Both the position numbers and the translations under genes were made by a program. From IMG/VR virus record IMGVR_UViG_3300042197_001007: 64,000 nucleotides of DNA; one strand, given 5' to 3'. Below are positions 1-8,798 of the stretch, in pieces. The DNA is from a virus. The first letter of the stretch is position 1; each line of letters starts with the position of its first letter. The notes beneath the pieces are model-generated. The model worked only from the letters and a program-made list of their open reading frames with translations. It ran no database searches and was not told where the DNA came from.

Positions 1-135
1 TACCATATTTATTCTTTGAAATAAAGGCATCTCACAAGCATCTTCCCATTCTGGTTCATACAATGGACAAGGTTCTTCCATTAGTACATCGTTTTTGATT
101 TTTATGATTTGTTCGTATAGTTGATCAAATTCCAT
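1..135 (-). CDS. hypothetical protein, runs off window edge (MEFDQLYEQIIKIKNDVLMEEPCPLYEPEWED...)
   Basis: Manual translation; ATG at 135 directly after the stop of the upstream small ORF; open to position 1. Confidence 0.55.
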   Translation of the reverse strand, partial: MEFDQLYEQIIKIKNDVLMEEPCPLYEPEWEDACEMPLFQRINMV

Positions 136-136
136 T

Positions 137-304
137 TTAAGAGTGATATTCGTTTATAAAATCTAAGAGTTCATTTAGAACCCATTGTGCTCCTGCTTTT
201 TTATCTTCTGAGCAATTGAAGCATATTTCATTGTTATGTAGAGATGTTTTTAACTTATAAATTTTGCTTTGAATATCAACCTTAGACAGGCGACCTCTTG
301 ACAT
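137..304 (-). CDS. 55-aa hypothetical protein downstream of gp23 (MSRGRLSKVDIQSKIYKLK...)
   Basis: Manual translation, below ORF-track cutoff; TAAATA late-promoter motif upstream at 328-333. Confidence 0.7.
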   Translation of the reverse strand: MSRGRLSKVDIQSKIYKLKTSLHNNEICFNCSEDKKAGAQWVLNELLDFINEYHS

Positions 305-335
305 TGGAGATTATTGAATGCTAAATCTATTTAAT

Positions 336-361
336 AAAAAAGGGACCCCTCTCGGGGTCCC
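336..361 (-). terminator. Rho-independent terminator after gp23
   Basis: Minus strand GGGACCCC-GAGA-GGGGTCCC followed by TTTTTT; GNRA loop. Confidence 0.92.
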
Positions 362-383
362 CAGTATTAATGTGTGAATTAAC

Positions 384-1829
384 TCACATTAGGTTAGCAA
401 CACGTACTCTTCTGTAGTACTGGTTGCGGTTTGCGGTTAGAGCTTCAGCATCTGGAGTGCCATTCGACTGAACGACGAATGGGTTAGCAACCATACCGTA
501 ACGGGTCTTGAAGCCAATCTTTGGCTGGAAGGTGTCAGGGTCAATGCTGCGTAGCATCTGGAGGGGAACATATGGGCAGTAGAATAGTCCTGCGTCATAT
601 GGAGAAGAACCCTTGTAACCAACAACATAGTAGTGAGTGTTGGAAACGTTTGCCGAATAAGGATCAACGTAGACCTTAATTCTGCCGTTCATGGTTCCGA
701 CAAGGAGGTTACCGGTGTCATCTACTTCACCGATCTGAGGACCACCAGCTCCGGATAGACCAGAGGTATAGTCAAGAGTTCCGCTCATTGCGAGAGCAGA
801 AGCAACGTCAGCAGAAGTGATGATGAAGTTGCCCTTTCCTCTACGAGTTTGCTGAGCAATAGCGTTAGCATCGCGCTCAACTTGGAACATAAGACCCTTG
901 AACTTCTCAACTGACCAACGACCATTGCTGTCAACGTCAAGGTCAAATACGCCTGCGTTAGCAACATTGTTCTGAGCACCGCTCTTAGCAATGGTGTATA
1001 CAGTACGTACAACCTCACGGTTGATTTCAGCAAGGATCTCGCTGGAGAGAAGGTTAGCAAGCTCTTGCTCAGCGTCAAGACCATGGATTGCCTTAAGGTC
1101 TTGTGCTAGCTCAAGAGTGTACTCTGCCTTGAGTGCTCTGGTCTTAGCAGTAACGGCAGTCTTCTCGATGCTGAAGGTCATCTCGTTGAAGAGAGTTGCT
1201 CCAGAACCAAGAGTTTCAGCAACGTTACGAGCCATAGCAGTTGTGCCACGCTCATAGTTACCAGCAGTTGTACCACCACCAGTTGTATCGTTTAGAAGAC
1301 CTGGGTTAGCATCGGTAGTACCACCGTCGCCAAGAGGATATACGTCATCGGTTCCGAGTGGATCGTTGTCGTAATCAGCAGGACCTCTTGAAGAAGCAGA
1401 GAAGTTGCTATCTGGCTCGTTGTAGAGAGCTTCACGACCAGCACGGAGGCTAGCGTCGTTCTCAGCCTGATAGTGTGACTTCATTGCGAAGATTAGTCCA
1501 GTAGGACCGGTCATTGGTTGAACACCGCAGATGTCATAAGCAACGAGGTTAGGCATTGCTCTGCGGATTAGGGAGATCATGACAGGATCGAAACCTGCGA
1601 GACCACCAGTTTTGGTGTCGAGACCTGAACCTGAAAGTGCGTTGGTTCCAATGGCACCAGCACTGTTGATGGTTTCAGTCATCATACCACGCTCTTCGCG
1701 TAGTGACTTTTCTGTGTTTTCTAAGAGAACAGCGGTAACAGCCTTTCTATAGTTGTCTTTGATGGCACCAGCGCCTTCGTGACCTAGAACAGGTGACCAC
1801 TTTTCTGTTAGAGCTTTAGCGTTAAACAT
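384..1829 (-). CDS. gp23: major capsid protein
   Basis: T4 gp23 motifs: FDPVMISLIRRAMPNL, CGVQPMTGPTGLIFAM, RALKAEYTLELAQDLKAIHGLDAE, FQPKIGFKTRYG. Confidence 0.98.
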   Translation of the reverse strand: MFNAKALTEKWSPVLGHEGAGAIKDNYRKAVTAVLLENTEKSLREERGMMTETINSAGAIGTNALSGSGLDTKTGGLAGFDPVMISLIRRAMPNLVAYDICGVQPMTGPTGLIFAMKSHYQAENDASLRAGREALYNEPDSNFSASSRGPADYDNDPLGTDDVYPLGDGGTTDANPGLLNDTTGGGTTAGNYERGTTAMARNVAETLGSGATLFNEMTFSIEKTAVTAKTRALKAEYTLELAQDLKAIHGLDAEQELANLLSSEILAEINREVVRTVYTIAKSGAQNNVANAGVFDLDVDSNGRWSVEKFKGLMFQVERDANAIAQQTRRGKGNFIITSADVASALAMSGTLDYTSGLSGAGGPQIGEVDDTGNLLVGTMNGRIKVYVDPYSANVSNTHYYVVGYKGSSPYDAGLFYCPYVPLQMLRSIDPDTFQPKIGFKTRYGMVANPFVVQSNGTPDAEALTANRNQYYRRVRVANLM

Positions 1830-1862
1830 TTGTTTGCTCCGGAAAGAAATTTGGATTTATTA

Positions 1863-3020
1863 TTATGACCAGCGGTTAAGTGCTTGGAGATATGCTGCCA
1901 TTACTGGAGTTACCTCTTGACCTTCTACTGGGGTTTCGTCAGCAGCATCACTAGGAATTGTGATTGTTTCTTTGAAATATGACTCCTTGATAGTCTTCAC
2001 TTTCTTGGAGAAATCTTCTTCTGAAACAAATTCAATGCCCTCAGCAAGTGCGGCGAGTTTTTCCTTCTGAGTGTCTGCGAGACCTTCTGACACAACGGAC
2101 AGAATATTGATTTTGGCAGCCTCATTCAGGCGGTTTTGTAATTTCACGTTCGCCTTAACCTGTTCGTCCAGGCGCTCTTCCATCTCACGAATCTGATCAA
2201 CCATACCTTCTACTACTTCAACTTTTTCATCAGGAATAGAGATATAGTGCTCTTCAAAGAGATTCTTAAGACCTGCGATGAAGTCTTCAGTAATCTCATT
2301 TCTGATACCACGGTCAATGGCGACTTGGTTCTCTTCCATCCACTGACCAATGGCGTAGTTCACAGTGCCGTTAACTTCTTCAGATAGTTCTGCTTTGGCA
2401 GTCTCTACCTGCTTGTCAAGTTCGTTAGCAAAGTGCTCTACAAGTCTGTCGTACTCTTCAGAAATTTTTGCCTTTACAGCAGCTTCAAAGATTGTCTTTG
2501 CTTTATCGGCAAACTCTTCTGAGAGTTCTGTTCCCTCAAGGAGGGCATTGATATCATCGGAAACATCAAGATCTTCAAATGAAGGCTTGATTGGGTAAGT
2601 AACTGCTCCACCCATCTTAGTTCCATAGGCAACCTCAACACCAACGGTTGGTTGAGTTCCTTGATCACCAGCATCTTTCTTAGAAGAAAGTTGAGGATCA
2701 CCTGAAATCTGAGAGATAGGCGCTGCTGCTTTTGCTCCAGGATTTTCTTCACCATCTTCATTATCGCTATGAAGTGGACCAGAAGAAGAACCGCCAAGAT
2801 CAGTTGCTGCCTTTTGACCAGGAGCTACTGATGGTTGAACGGTTGGCATAGGATCCTTTCCGCCAGCTTTAGCAGTCTGTGCGTCAGAAACCTGAGAAGG
2901 ATCGCTGCCAGCACCAGGGATCACAGACGCGGAAACTGTTGGCATTGGATCGCCAGCTTCCAAAATGATATCTTGCTTAGCAACAAACTCCTCAAACTTT
3001 TCGTTTAGCATATCTGACAT
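1863..3020 (-). CDS. gp22: prohead core scaffolding protein
   Basis: LSEEFADKAKTIFEAAV, acidic coiled coil, FEEHYISIPDEK; between gp21 and gp23. Confidence 0.93.
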   Translation of the reverse strand: MSDMLNEKFEEFVAKQDIILEAGDPMPTVSASVIPGAGSDPSQVSDAQTAKAGGKDPMPTVQPSVAPGQKAATDLGGSSSGPLHSDNEDGEENPGAKAAAPISQISGDPQLSSKKDAGDQGTQPTVGVEVAYGTKMGGAVTYPIKPSFEDLDVSDDINALLEGTELSEEFADKAKTIFEAAVKAKISEEYDRLVEHFANELDKQVETAKAELSEEVNGTVNYAIGQWMEENQVAIDRGIRNEITEDFIAGLKNLFEEHYISIPDEKVEVVEGMVDQIREMEERLDEQVKANVKLQNRLNEAAKINILSVVSEGLADTQKEKLAALAEGIEFVSEEDFSKKVKTIKESYFKETITIPSDAADETPVEGQEVTPVMAAYLQALNRWS

Positions 3021-3061
3021 TTGAGTTTACCCCTTTAATTTCCTTATGATTAATCTAAAAT

Positions 3062-3068
3062 TATTTAT
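3062..3068 (-). promoter_or_regulatory. T4-type late (gp55) promoter ATAAATA upstream of gp22
   Basis: Match to TATAAATA core in intergenic gap. Confidence 0.7.
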
Positions 3069-3072
3069 TAAT

Positions 3073-3717
3073 TCAAATATTTGAGAGAAAGTCTTCAAAC
3101 ACTTTGAGGACCTTCTCTTCTAATTTGCGGCTTGATGCCTCATCAATATATTTACGATATTTATCAAGTTTCGCTTCTTTTAAAATACCGTTTTCCCAAA
3201 TCCATTCTTTTCCTTCCATGATGCCATTGACAAAAGCATCTGGTGCTGAAGGATCTGCTACAATATCAGCAGCAGTAGTTAGCATGAAGTCGTCGCGGAC
3301 AATCGCAATATCTTCTCTCTTATCAATGCTTCCCATACCACGAGAAGAAACTCCAAGTTGAACTCCTTCTTCTAAGAGTGATCTTGCGATCCTTCCCATT
3401 GGAGTATCAAGAATTTGTGCCTTACCGTAGAAGTTGTGACCTTCTGCTCTCAATTCTGTAATTCTATGAGATACTCTATCTAAGTTTACAGTTGGTCCAT
3501 CTGGGTGACCAAGTTCTCCAAGAGCTCTCTTAGTTTTTACATATTCTTCAGTATATCTTTCAACTTCTCTATTGAGAATGTCAAAAGGATACATACGACC
3601 ATTACGGTTCTTTAGTTCAGATTGAAGAAAAACTCCCTCAATATACAGGAGTTTTTTTCCATCTTTCTCTTCTGTGAGAACTTTTACGTCCTCAATCTGT
3701 TCCGTTATCAGTTTCAT
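3073..3717 (-). CDS. gp21: prohead core protease (likely start MKLITEQIED at 3717)
   Basis: IEGVFLQSELKNRNGRMYP, ALGELGHP, GVSSRGMGS, DIVADPSAPDAFV. Confidence 0.96.
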   Translation of the reverse strand: MKLITEQIEDVKVLTEEKDGKKLLYIEGVFLQSELKNRNGRMYPFDILNREVERYTEEYVKTKRALGELGHPDGPTVNLDRVSHRITELRAEGHNFYGKAQILDTPMGRIARSLLEEGVQLGVSSRGMGSIDKREDIAIVRDDFMLTTAADIVADPSAPDAFVNGIMEGKEWIWENGILKEAKLDKYRKYIDEASSRKLEEKVLKVFEDFLSNI

Positions 3718-3913
3718 CTGTAGTTTCTTTGGTAGGTTCTTCGGTAGGTTCATCAAAAAATGTATCTGCTACAATCTGCTTATACTGTGCCATCGCATCA
3801 GATGCTCTGGCAAAAAGCAAATCGTGAATAGCATCAATTGCTGATGCCCTATCACTGTCGTTGATTTTGTTTACAATATCAACCACACCAGTTTCTTGAT
3901 TATTTTCAGACAT
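3692..3913 (-). CDS. small prohead core protein (gp67/gp68-like)
   Basis: 73 aa, acidic, syntenic between portal and protease. Confidence 0.6.
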   Translation of the reverse strand: MSENNQETGVVDIVNKINDSDRASAIDAIHDLLFARASDAMAQYKQIVADTFFDEPTEEPTKETTDETDNGTD

Positions 3914-3933
3914 GATATTAAGACAATATATGT

Positions 3934-5637
3934 CTATTTATTGTTTTCTGATGTTTTCGGTTGTGCTTTCGCTCTTTCCATCTCTCTTTCCATATTGGCA
4001 TCCGCAGCTTCTTGTTCTCTGGCAGCACTATCATCTGCTTGAATACCTTGTAATTCTGGACCAAACGCAGTGTTTTGTTGCTGCATTGTATCCATCATAT
4101 TTGTCTGGACTGGATCAACAGCAAGACCAGATGCGATCTCTCCCTTTATCTGCTTATCAATTTCCTTGAATTCTTTTTCAGTTTGATTGAGAATATTCTT
4201 ACGAATGTATTCAACAGAGAAATACTTACCAGCAAAAGGATCCATCTGTGTAACAATAGCAACACGCTGGTTCATCATTTCAATTTGCTTTAGTTCATTG
4301 AAATGATTATCAAACAAGAAGTCATATTGAATATGCTCCTTCATGTCATCCCAATCTTCTGGTGAGATTACACCTTTAAGAATTAATTGGGTCTTGAGAA
4401 TATCTTGGAATAGTTCGCTGAAACGCTTGCGGAGACGACCGATAAACTTAGCAAACTTGAGTTCATCCCTGAGAACCTCTGTGGTCTTACCAAGATTAAA
4501 CCCCTTGTTGTCATCCGTAAGGCGGGAAGGTGGTAGGTTGAGTGAGTTGTAAAGTTTCTTTTTGAAATACTCAACATCCTTGAGCTCACCAAGGTTTTGA
4601 CCGCCAGGGAGTGTAGTGATCTCAGTTCCTCTGCCACCTTCACGACGAGGTAACCAGAAGTCCTCAAGCATTGACATATGCTTTTTATCATCGCGCATCT
4701 CTCCAGTGTTAGCATCATAAACAAGCTTATTTCTGTAACGAGACATTACATCACGAAGGTATTGCTCTGCTTTTACCTTTGGAAGATTGCCTACATCAAT
4801 GTAAAAAATTCTACGTTCTGGTGCGCGTGACAATCTGTAGATTACCAAACTATCTTCAATCATTCTGAGTTGATTGAGAGATTTGATTGCTTTATGAAGG
4901 AAGCTCAACACCATTCTTTTGTTAAGATCCTGAAGTCCAGATGTAACAAAAGTAATCGCATCAGTTGAGATCTTAACTCCTTGTGAAAGAGACATATCTC
5001 CAATTGGTCCAAGAACACCGCCTTGATAAAAACCCTTTGGATTGAAGAGATAATAATCAACAAATGTGCCATACTCATATTCAAGTGCTGTTCCTTTTAT
5101 CGCAGCACGAGTAAGACTATCTTTTGCTTTGTTGTCTAATTTTTGGCGAACTTTTTTGATCTTCAGTGGATCAATGTAGCGAAGTTCTAAAATTCCTTTT
5201 TTAGGATTGTCTAAATCTATAACTTTATGATAAAATAAACGACCATCAATATACCAATTACGCACAATCTCATGTGCTCTATTGTCAAAATTTAGAAGTT
5301 TTTTGATGTGATCAAATTCATTTCTGATCTTATTCTTTACACCAGAACCAACTTCTAAATTATCAAGATTGATTTCTACTGGACTGTCGTGAGCATCACT
5401 GACAACAAACTCATTCACAACTTCATCAACGGCACTATCAACTTCTGGATGAAGAGCCATATCACGATATCTATGAATGAGATCATACTCGTTACGAGCA
5501 GAATGATCTGTATCTACATATGTTCCGAAATAACCACCAGCAGCAACGGCGATGGGTTCGTCAGCAGAAGGAGGCACAGGGGACTGACCCTTCTGTGCCT
5601 CCTTGCGATTAATTTGGAAGCCAAATAGTTGACTCAT
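3934..5637 (-). CDS. gp20: portal vertex protein
   Basis: YRDMALHPEVDSAV, LVIYRLSRAPERRIFYIDVGNLPKVKAEQY, EDFWLPRREGGRGTEITTLPGG. Confidence 0.98.
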   Translation of the reverse strand: MSQLFGFQINRKEAQKGQSPVPPSADEPIAVAAGGYFGTYVDTDHSARNEYDLIHRYRDMALHPEVDSAVDEVVNEFVVSDAHDSPVEINLDNLEVGSGVKNKIRNEFDHIKKLLNFDNRAHEIVRNWYIDGRLFYHKVIDLDNPKKGILELRYIDPLKIKKVRQKLDNKAKDSLTRAAIKGTALEYEYGTFVDYYLFNPKGFYQGGVLGPIGDMSLSQGVKISTDAITFVTSGLQDLNKRMVLSFLHKAIKSLNQLRMIEDSLVIYRLSRAPERRIFYIDVGNLPKVKAEQYLRDVMSRYRNKLVYDANTGEMRDDKKHMSMLEDFWLPRREGGRGTEITTLPGGQNLGELKDVEYFKKKLYNSLNLPPSRLTDDNKGFNLGKTTEVLRDELKFAKFIGRLRKRFSELFQDILKTQLILKGVISPEDWDDMKEHIQYDFLFDNHFNELKQIEMMNQRVAIVTQMDPFAGKYFSVEYIRKNILNQTEKEFKEIDKQIKGEIASGLAVDPVQTNMMDTMQQQNTAFGPELQGIQADDSAAREQEAADANMEREMERAKAQPKTSENNK

Positions 5638-5666
5638 AATTACTTATTCAACTCTGTTAGTCAAAC

Positions 5667-5673
5667 TATTTAT
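5667..5673 (-). promoter_or_regulatory. late promoter ATAAATA upstream of gp20
   Basis: Motif match at the gp19/gp20 junction. Confidence 0.65.
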
Positions 5674-6260
5674 CAGACTACTGGAAGCGCGGAAACTCCC
5701 TGTCTTGTTCCTGGTTGAGCAGTGAAGTACGAATACTGCCACTCAACGGTGAATTCTTCAATCTGATCATTGCTATCATAAGCAATGTCAATTTGAGAAA
5801 CGTTGGTTGGGAAGCAATACTTGAGAGTATATGATCTGAGAATAGCTCCCTCTTCGCTGGCATCTTTTTCCAGTTGCTTGACAGAAAGATCTGCCATGTA
5901 ACCAGTAGAGTTGTTAGGAACGAAAAGTGGTGCTGTGTTTGCTTCGTGTGTATTGATGCTGTTTGCCCACTGCTCAAAGAACGAACGGAGTTTGAAATCC
6001 TTATCGTTGAAGAATGTGGTAGTCCAAGTATCAAAGGTGCGATCACCTGCGATCTTAACTGTTCTTCCACGGAAAGGAACTTCGATAACACCCAAGTTTG
6101 AACCTGGGAGTGCCGCTGACTTACAAAGTAGATTTGTAAGATTTTGATCTTCGGTTTGCTTTGAAAGTGTAGCAGGGAACTGAACGTCGATCAGGAACAT
6201 ATTGGGCTTTACGCCCTGACCGATAGTTTGTAGAAACTGACTTACGTTTGATAATGCCAT
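5673..6260 (-). CDS. gp19: tail tube protein
   Basis: LCKSAALPGS, VPFRGRTVKIAGDRTFDTW, DQIEEFTVEWQY. Confidence 0.96.
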   Translation of the reverse strand: MALSNVSQFLQTIGQGVKPNMFLIDVQFPATLSKQTEDQNLTNLLCKSAALPGSNLGVIEVPFRGRTVKIAGDRTFDTWTTTFFNDKDFKLRSFFEQWANSINTHEANTAPLFVPNNSTGYMADLSVKQLEKDASEEGAILRSYTLKYCFPTNVSQIDIAYDSNDQIEEFTVEWQYSYFTAQPGTRQGVSALPVV

Positions 6261-6298
6261 TAGTGGTTACCTCTGTGATGTTTATGTTCTATTACTAA

Positions 6299-8482
6299 TT
6301 ATCTACCAATTACTTCCGAGAAGGAAACGCCCGTTCTGGTAGCAGTTACTGTCACAGTAACATAATTGATTGAGCGGGTTGGCTTGAGGTAGAGTTCAGC
6401 AACAAACTCATTTCTATCAATGACTTCTGGAGTATTGTTTGTTTCGTCACAAACAACGAGGAAGTCAGTTACACCTCTACGTGCTTGAACTTCTGACAAG
6501 TAAGAAGAAATTGAAGCAGTGAAGTTACTACGGGTTGTGCTATCGTTTTGCTCAAAGAGTACTCCTTCAGCAAGACCCTTAACTCTCTTCTCAACATTGA
6601 GGAATAGACGACGAACGTTAATTCTGTCAAATGCTGATGGCGAAGCGAGAGCAGTCTTATCTCCAAAGAGAACAGGACCAGAACCAGGAAGTGAAACGAT
6701 TGGGTTAATTCTATTGCTGTAAAGATCGTCTCTTTGTGCCTTGTTAGGATTGAAAGCAAGCTTTACAACATTCTGAATTCCACCGCGATTTAGACCAGCT
6801 GGTGAATACCAGTCATCTAAAATTGCTGAAGTTGAAACACAAACACCAGCAACATCGCCATTACAACCGATGTAACGATACTTGTCGTTGAAACGATCGT
6901 AGGTATACTTGACGCCACTATCAAAAACAACATATGAGCTAGAAGCAATGTTGTCAAAGAATGCGATTGTATTTGAAAGTTGTGTTGCTGGAGTAATCGC
7001 AGCACCACCAGAAGTAGCTACCTGATTACCAACATATGGCGAGAGGAAAGCAACACAATCCTTTCTGCTATTTGCGATAGCAGCAACTGCTTGTGCCTTA
7101 GCAATGGTATCAGTTTCGTTGCTCATTGAACCACCCATTAGAACAAAGTCAATCTGGGTTTCTTCTGTATCAAGGAAAGCATCGTATGCTGCTTGAATTT
7201 CTCCGGAACTGTATGCGTAATCATCAAGACCACCCGATAGAGTTCCACCAGCAGTTTGAAGAATTCTTGATAGTTCTTTTGGAGCACCAGAAGTTGCTGC
7301 GTATGAAGCAGCAGTTCCACCAGGATTTTCACCAGCAGTTGTGATCTCAGCAGAAGTTAATTCTTGACCAGCATAAATGTAGTTTGAAAACTCATTGATT
7401 GCTGACTTCCAGTATGTTGAATTTCCTTCTGGTGACTTAGCATCAGAGATCTTTGAAAGATATGTGAAACGCTCAACAACTGTGTTGTCTCTCTCATCAA
7501 TTACAGCAACATGAACTTCGTCATATGAAATATAACGCTCTGCTGCCCAAGGTGAAGTGCCAGGACGAGGACCGATTGCCTTGAATGCTAAACCTGTAGA
7601 TCCAATTACTTCAGCATTCCAATCAGAATTGGTATATGCTGAAACTGTAGATGCTACGGTAACAACTGTAGCAGCATCAAATGTTAGATCGTTTGCTGGA
7701 GAAGCTCCACCCAAAGCGGTTCCAAGAATTGTGAAAGTGTCTCCAACAGCATATCCAGATCCACCACCAGATACGGTAACAGTGTATGCTGTAGCAGAAC
7801 GAGAGATATTAAATGTTGCTCCAGTTCCAGCAGCACTATCGGTTGTATAAGCAACGTTGGTATAAGAAGCAGATCCAGCAGCAGCAGTTCCATTAACCGA
7901 ATTGGTTGTTAGAATTTTTCCTGTTGGAATTGATGTTGGTACTGCGCTTCCTTTTACGATAGTGAAGTTATTAGCATCAACAACATCATAGACTTCGTGA
8001 GCAACACCAGCGTTATCTGTAAAAGTGCCACCAACTGAAAGACCGTGACTTACTTTTGCTACCTTGTAATCGGCACCGCGATCAAGGATAACTACACGAT
8101 AGTAATTCCCTTCGGTTCCCGCATAGCGAGCAAGGAATTTTTCTGTTGTAACACCAGCATCAAATGCGTCTTTGTCGGAAACAAGAACACCTGTGCCACT
8201 CTTGGTTGCGTTCTTTACGGTTGTTGCTGCGCGAAGAACAGCAAGCTGTCCTCCATAGCGTAGAAACTCTGCTGCGACCAACCAATCGGAAGCATTAGCC
8301 TCGTCTGGTGTTCCGAAAGTATCAATTAGTTCTCTTTCTGAATTTACGTTAATTACTTTGCCTACTGGTCCAGTGCGGAATGTTGAAGCAAAAGCAGCAC
8401 GGATAGCGAGTGCTCCTGTAACAACGGCATTGGATAAATCACGCTCTTTAATAACAACACCAGGCGAGACTTGACTTGCCAT
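6299..8482 (-). CDS. gp18: tail sheath protein with inserted domain
   Basis: SPGVVIKERDLS, WYSPAGLNRG, LFGDKT, AFDRINVRRLF, KPTRSINYV. Confidence 0.97.
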   Translation of the reverse strand: MASQVSPGVVIKERDLSNAVVTGALAIRAAFASTFRTGPVGKVINVNSERELIDTFGTPDEANASDWLVAAEFLRYGGQLAVLRAATTVKNATKSGTGVLVSDKDAFDAGVTTEKFLARYAGTEGNYYRVVILDRGADYKVAKVSHGLSVGGTFTDNAGVAHEVYDVVDANNFTIVKGSAVPTSIPTGKILTTNSVNGTAAAGSASYTNVAYTTDSAAGTGATFNISRSATAYTVTVSGGGSGYAVGDTFTILGTALGGASPANDLTFDAATVVTVASTVSAYTNSDWNAEVIGSTGLAFKAIGPRPGTSPWAAERYISYDEVHVAVIDERDNTVVERFTYLSKISDAKSPEGNSTYWKSAINEFSNYIYAGQELTSAEITTAGENPGGTAASYAATSGAPKELSRILQTAGGTLSGGLDDYAYSSGEIQAAYDAFLDTEETQIDFVLMGGSMSNETDTIAKAQAVAAIANSRKDCVAFLSPYVGNQVATSGGAAITPATQLSNTIAFFDNIASSSYVVFDSGVKYTYDRFNDKYRYIGCNGDVAGVCVSTSAILDDWYSPAGLNRGGIQNVVKLAFNPNKAQRDDLYSNRINPIVSLPGSGPVLFGDKTALASPSAFDRINVRRLFLNVEKRVKGLAEGVLFEQNDSTTRSNFTASISSYLSEVQARRGVTDFLVVCDETNNTPEVIDRNEFVAELYLKPTRSINYVTVTVTATRTGVSFSEVIGR

Positions 8483-8517
8483 TTTTTTACCTCTTAGATA
8501 TCAAATTTATCTAAAAG

Positions 8518-8524
8518 TATTTAG
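8518..8524 (-). promoter_or_regulatory. late promoter CTAAATA upstream of gp18
   Basis: Motif match in intergenic gap. Confidence 0.65.
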
Positions 8525-8561
8525 AAATTTGATTACTTCAAATGGGGAAACCGCGCATGAA

Positions 8562-8798
8562 CTACCAGTCAGGATATGCCCACAAAGTTTTCTCAGCTTT
8601 TTTAGCATTGGATACCCGTTTTTTGGTACATTCCTTACACTCATATGAGTATGCCGATGGGAATATTTTCTTGTGCTTCCTGATCAAATAATACCCATCT
8701 ATTAAGTCTTTTGTCTGCCCACAAACTCGGCAAGTTCTTTCTACAAATAATAAGTGTTCTAATGAAAACTGTTCATCTAATTCCATTAGTAATTCCAC
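8562..8798 (-). CDS. small Zn-ribbon protein (two CxxC)
   Basis: RTCRVCG...YECKEC; overlaps gp17 stop. Confidence 0.7.
   Translation of the reverse strand: MELLMELDEQFSLEHLLFVERTCRVCGQTKDLIDGYYLIRKHKKIFPSAYSYECKECTKKRVSNAKKAEKTLWAYPDW

Noticed and set aside
1200-1420. Gly/Asp-rich segment in gp23 as an intein or unusual insertion
   Set aside because: Short variable loop region, total length normal for cyanophage gp23, no splicing motifs
2820-2960. DPMPTV repeat in the gp22 N-terminus
   Set aside because: Low-complexity scaffold region; expected variation, no further signal
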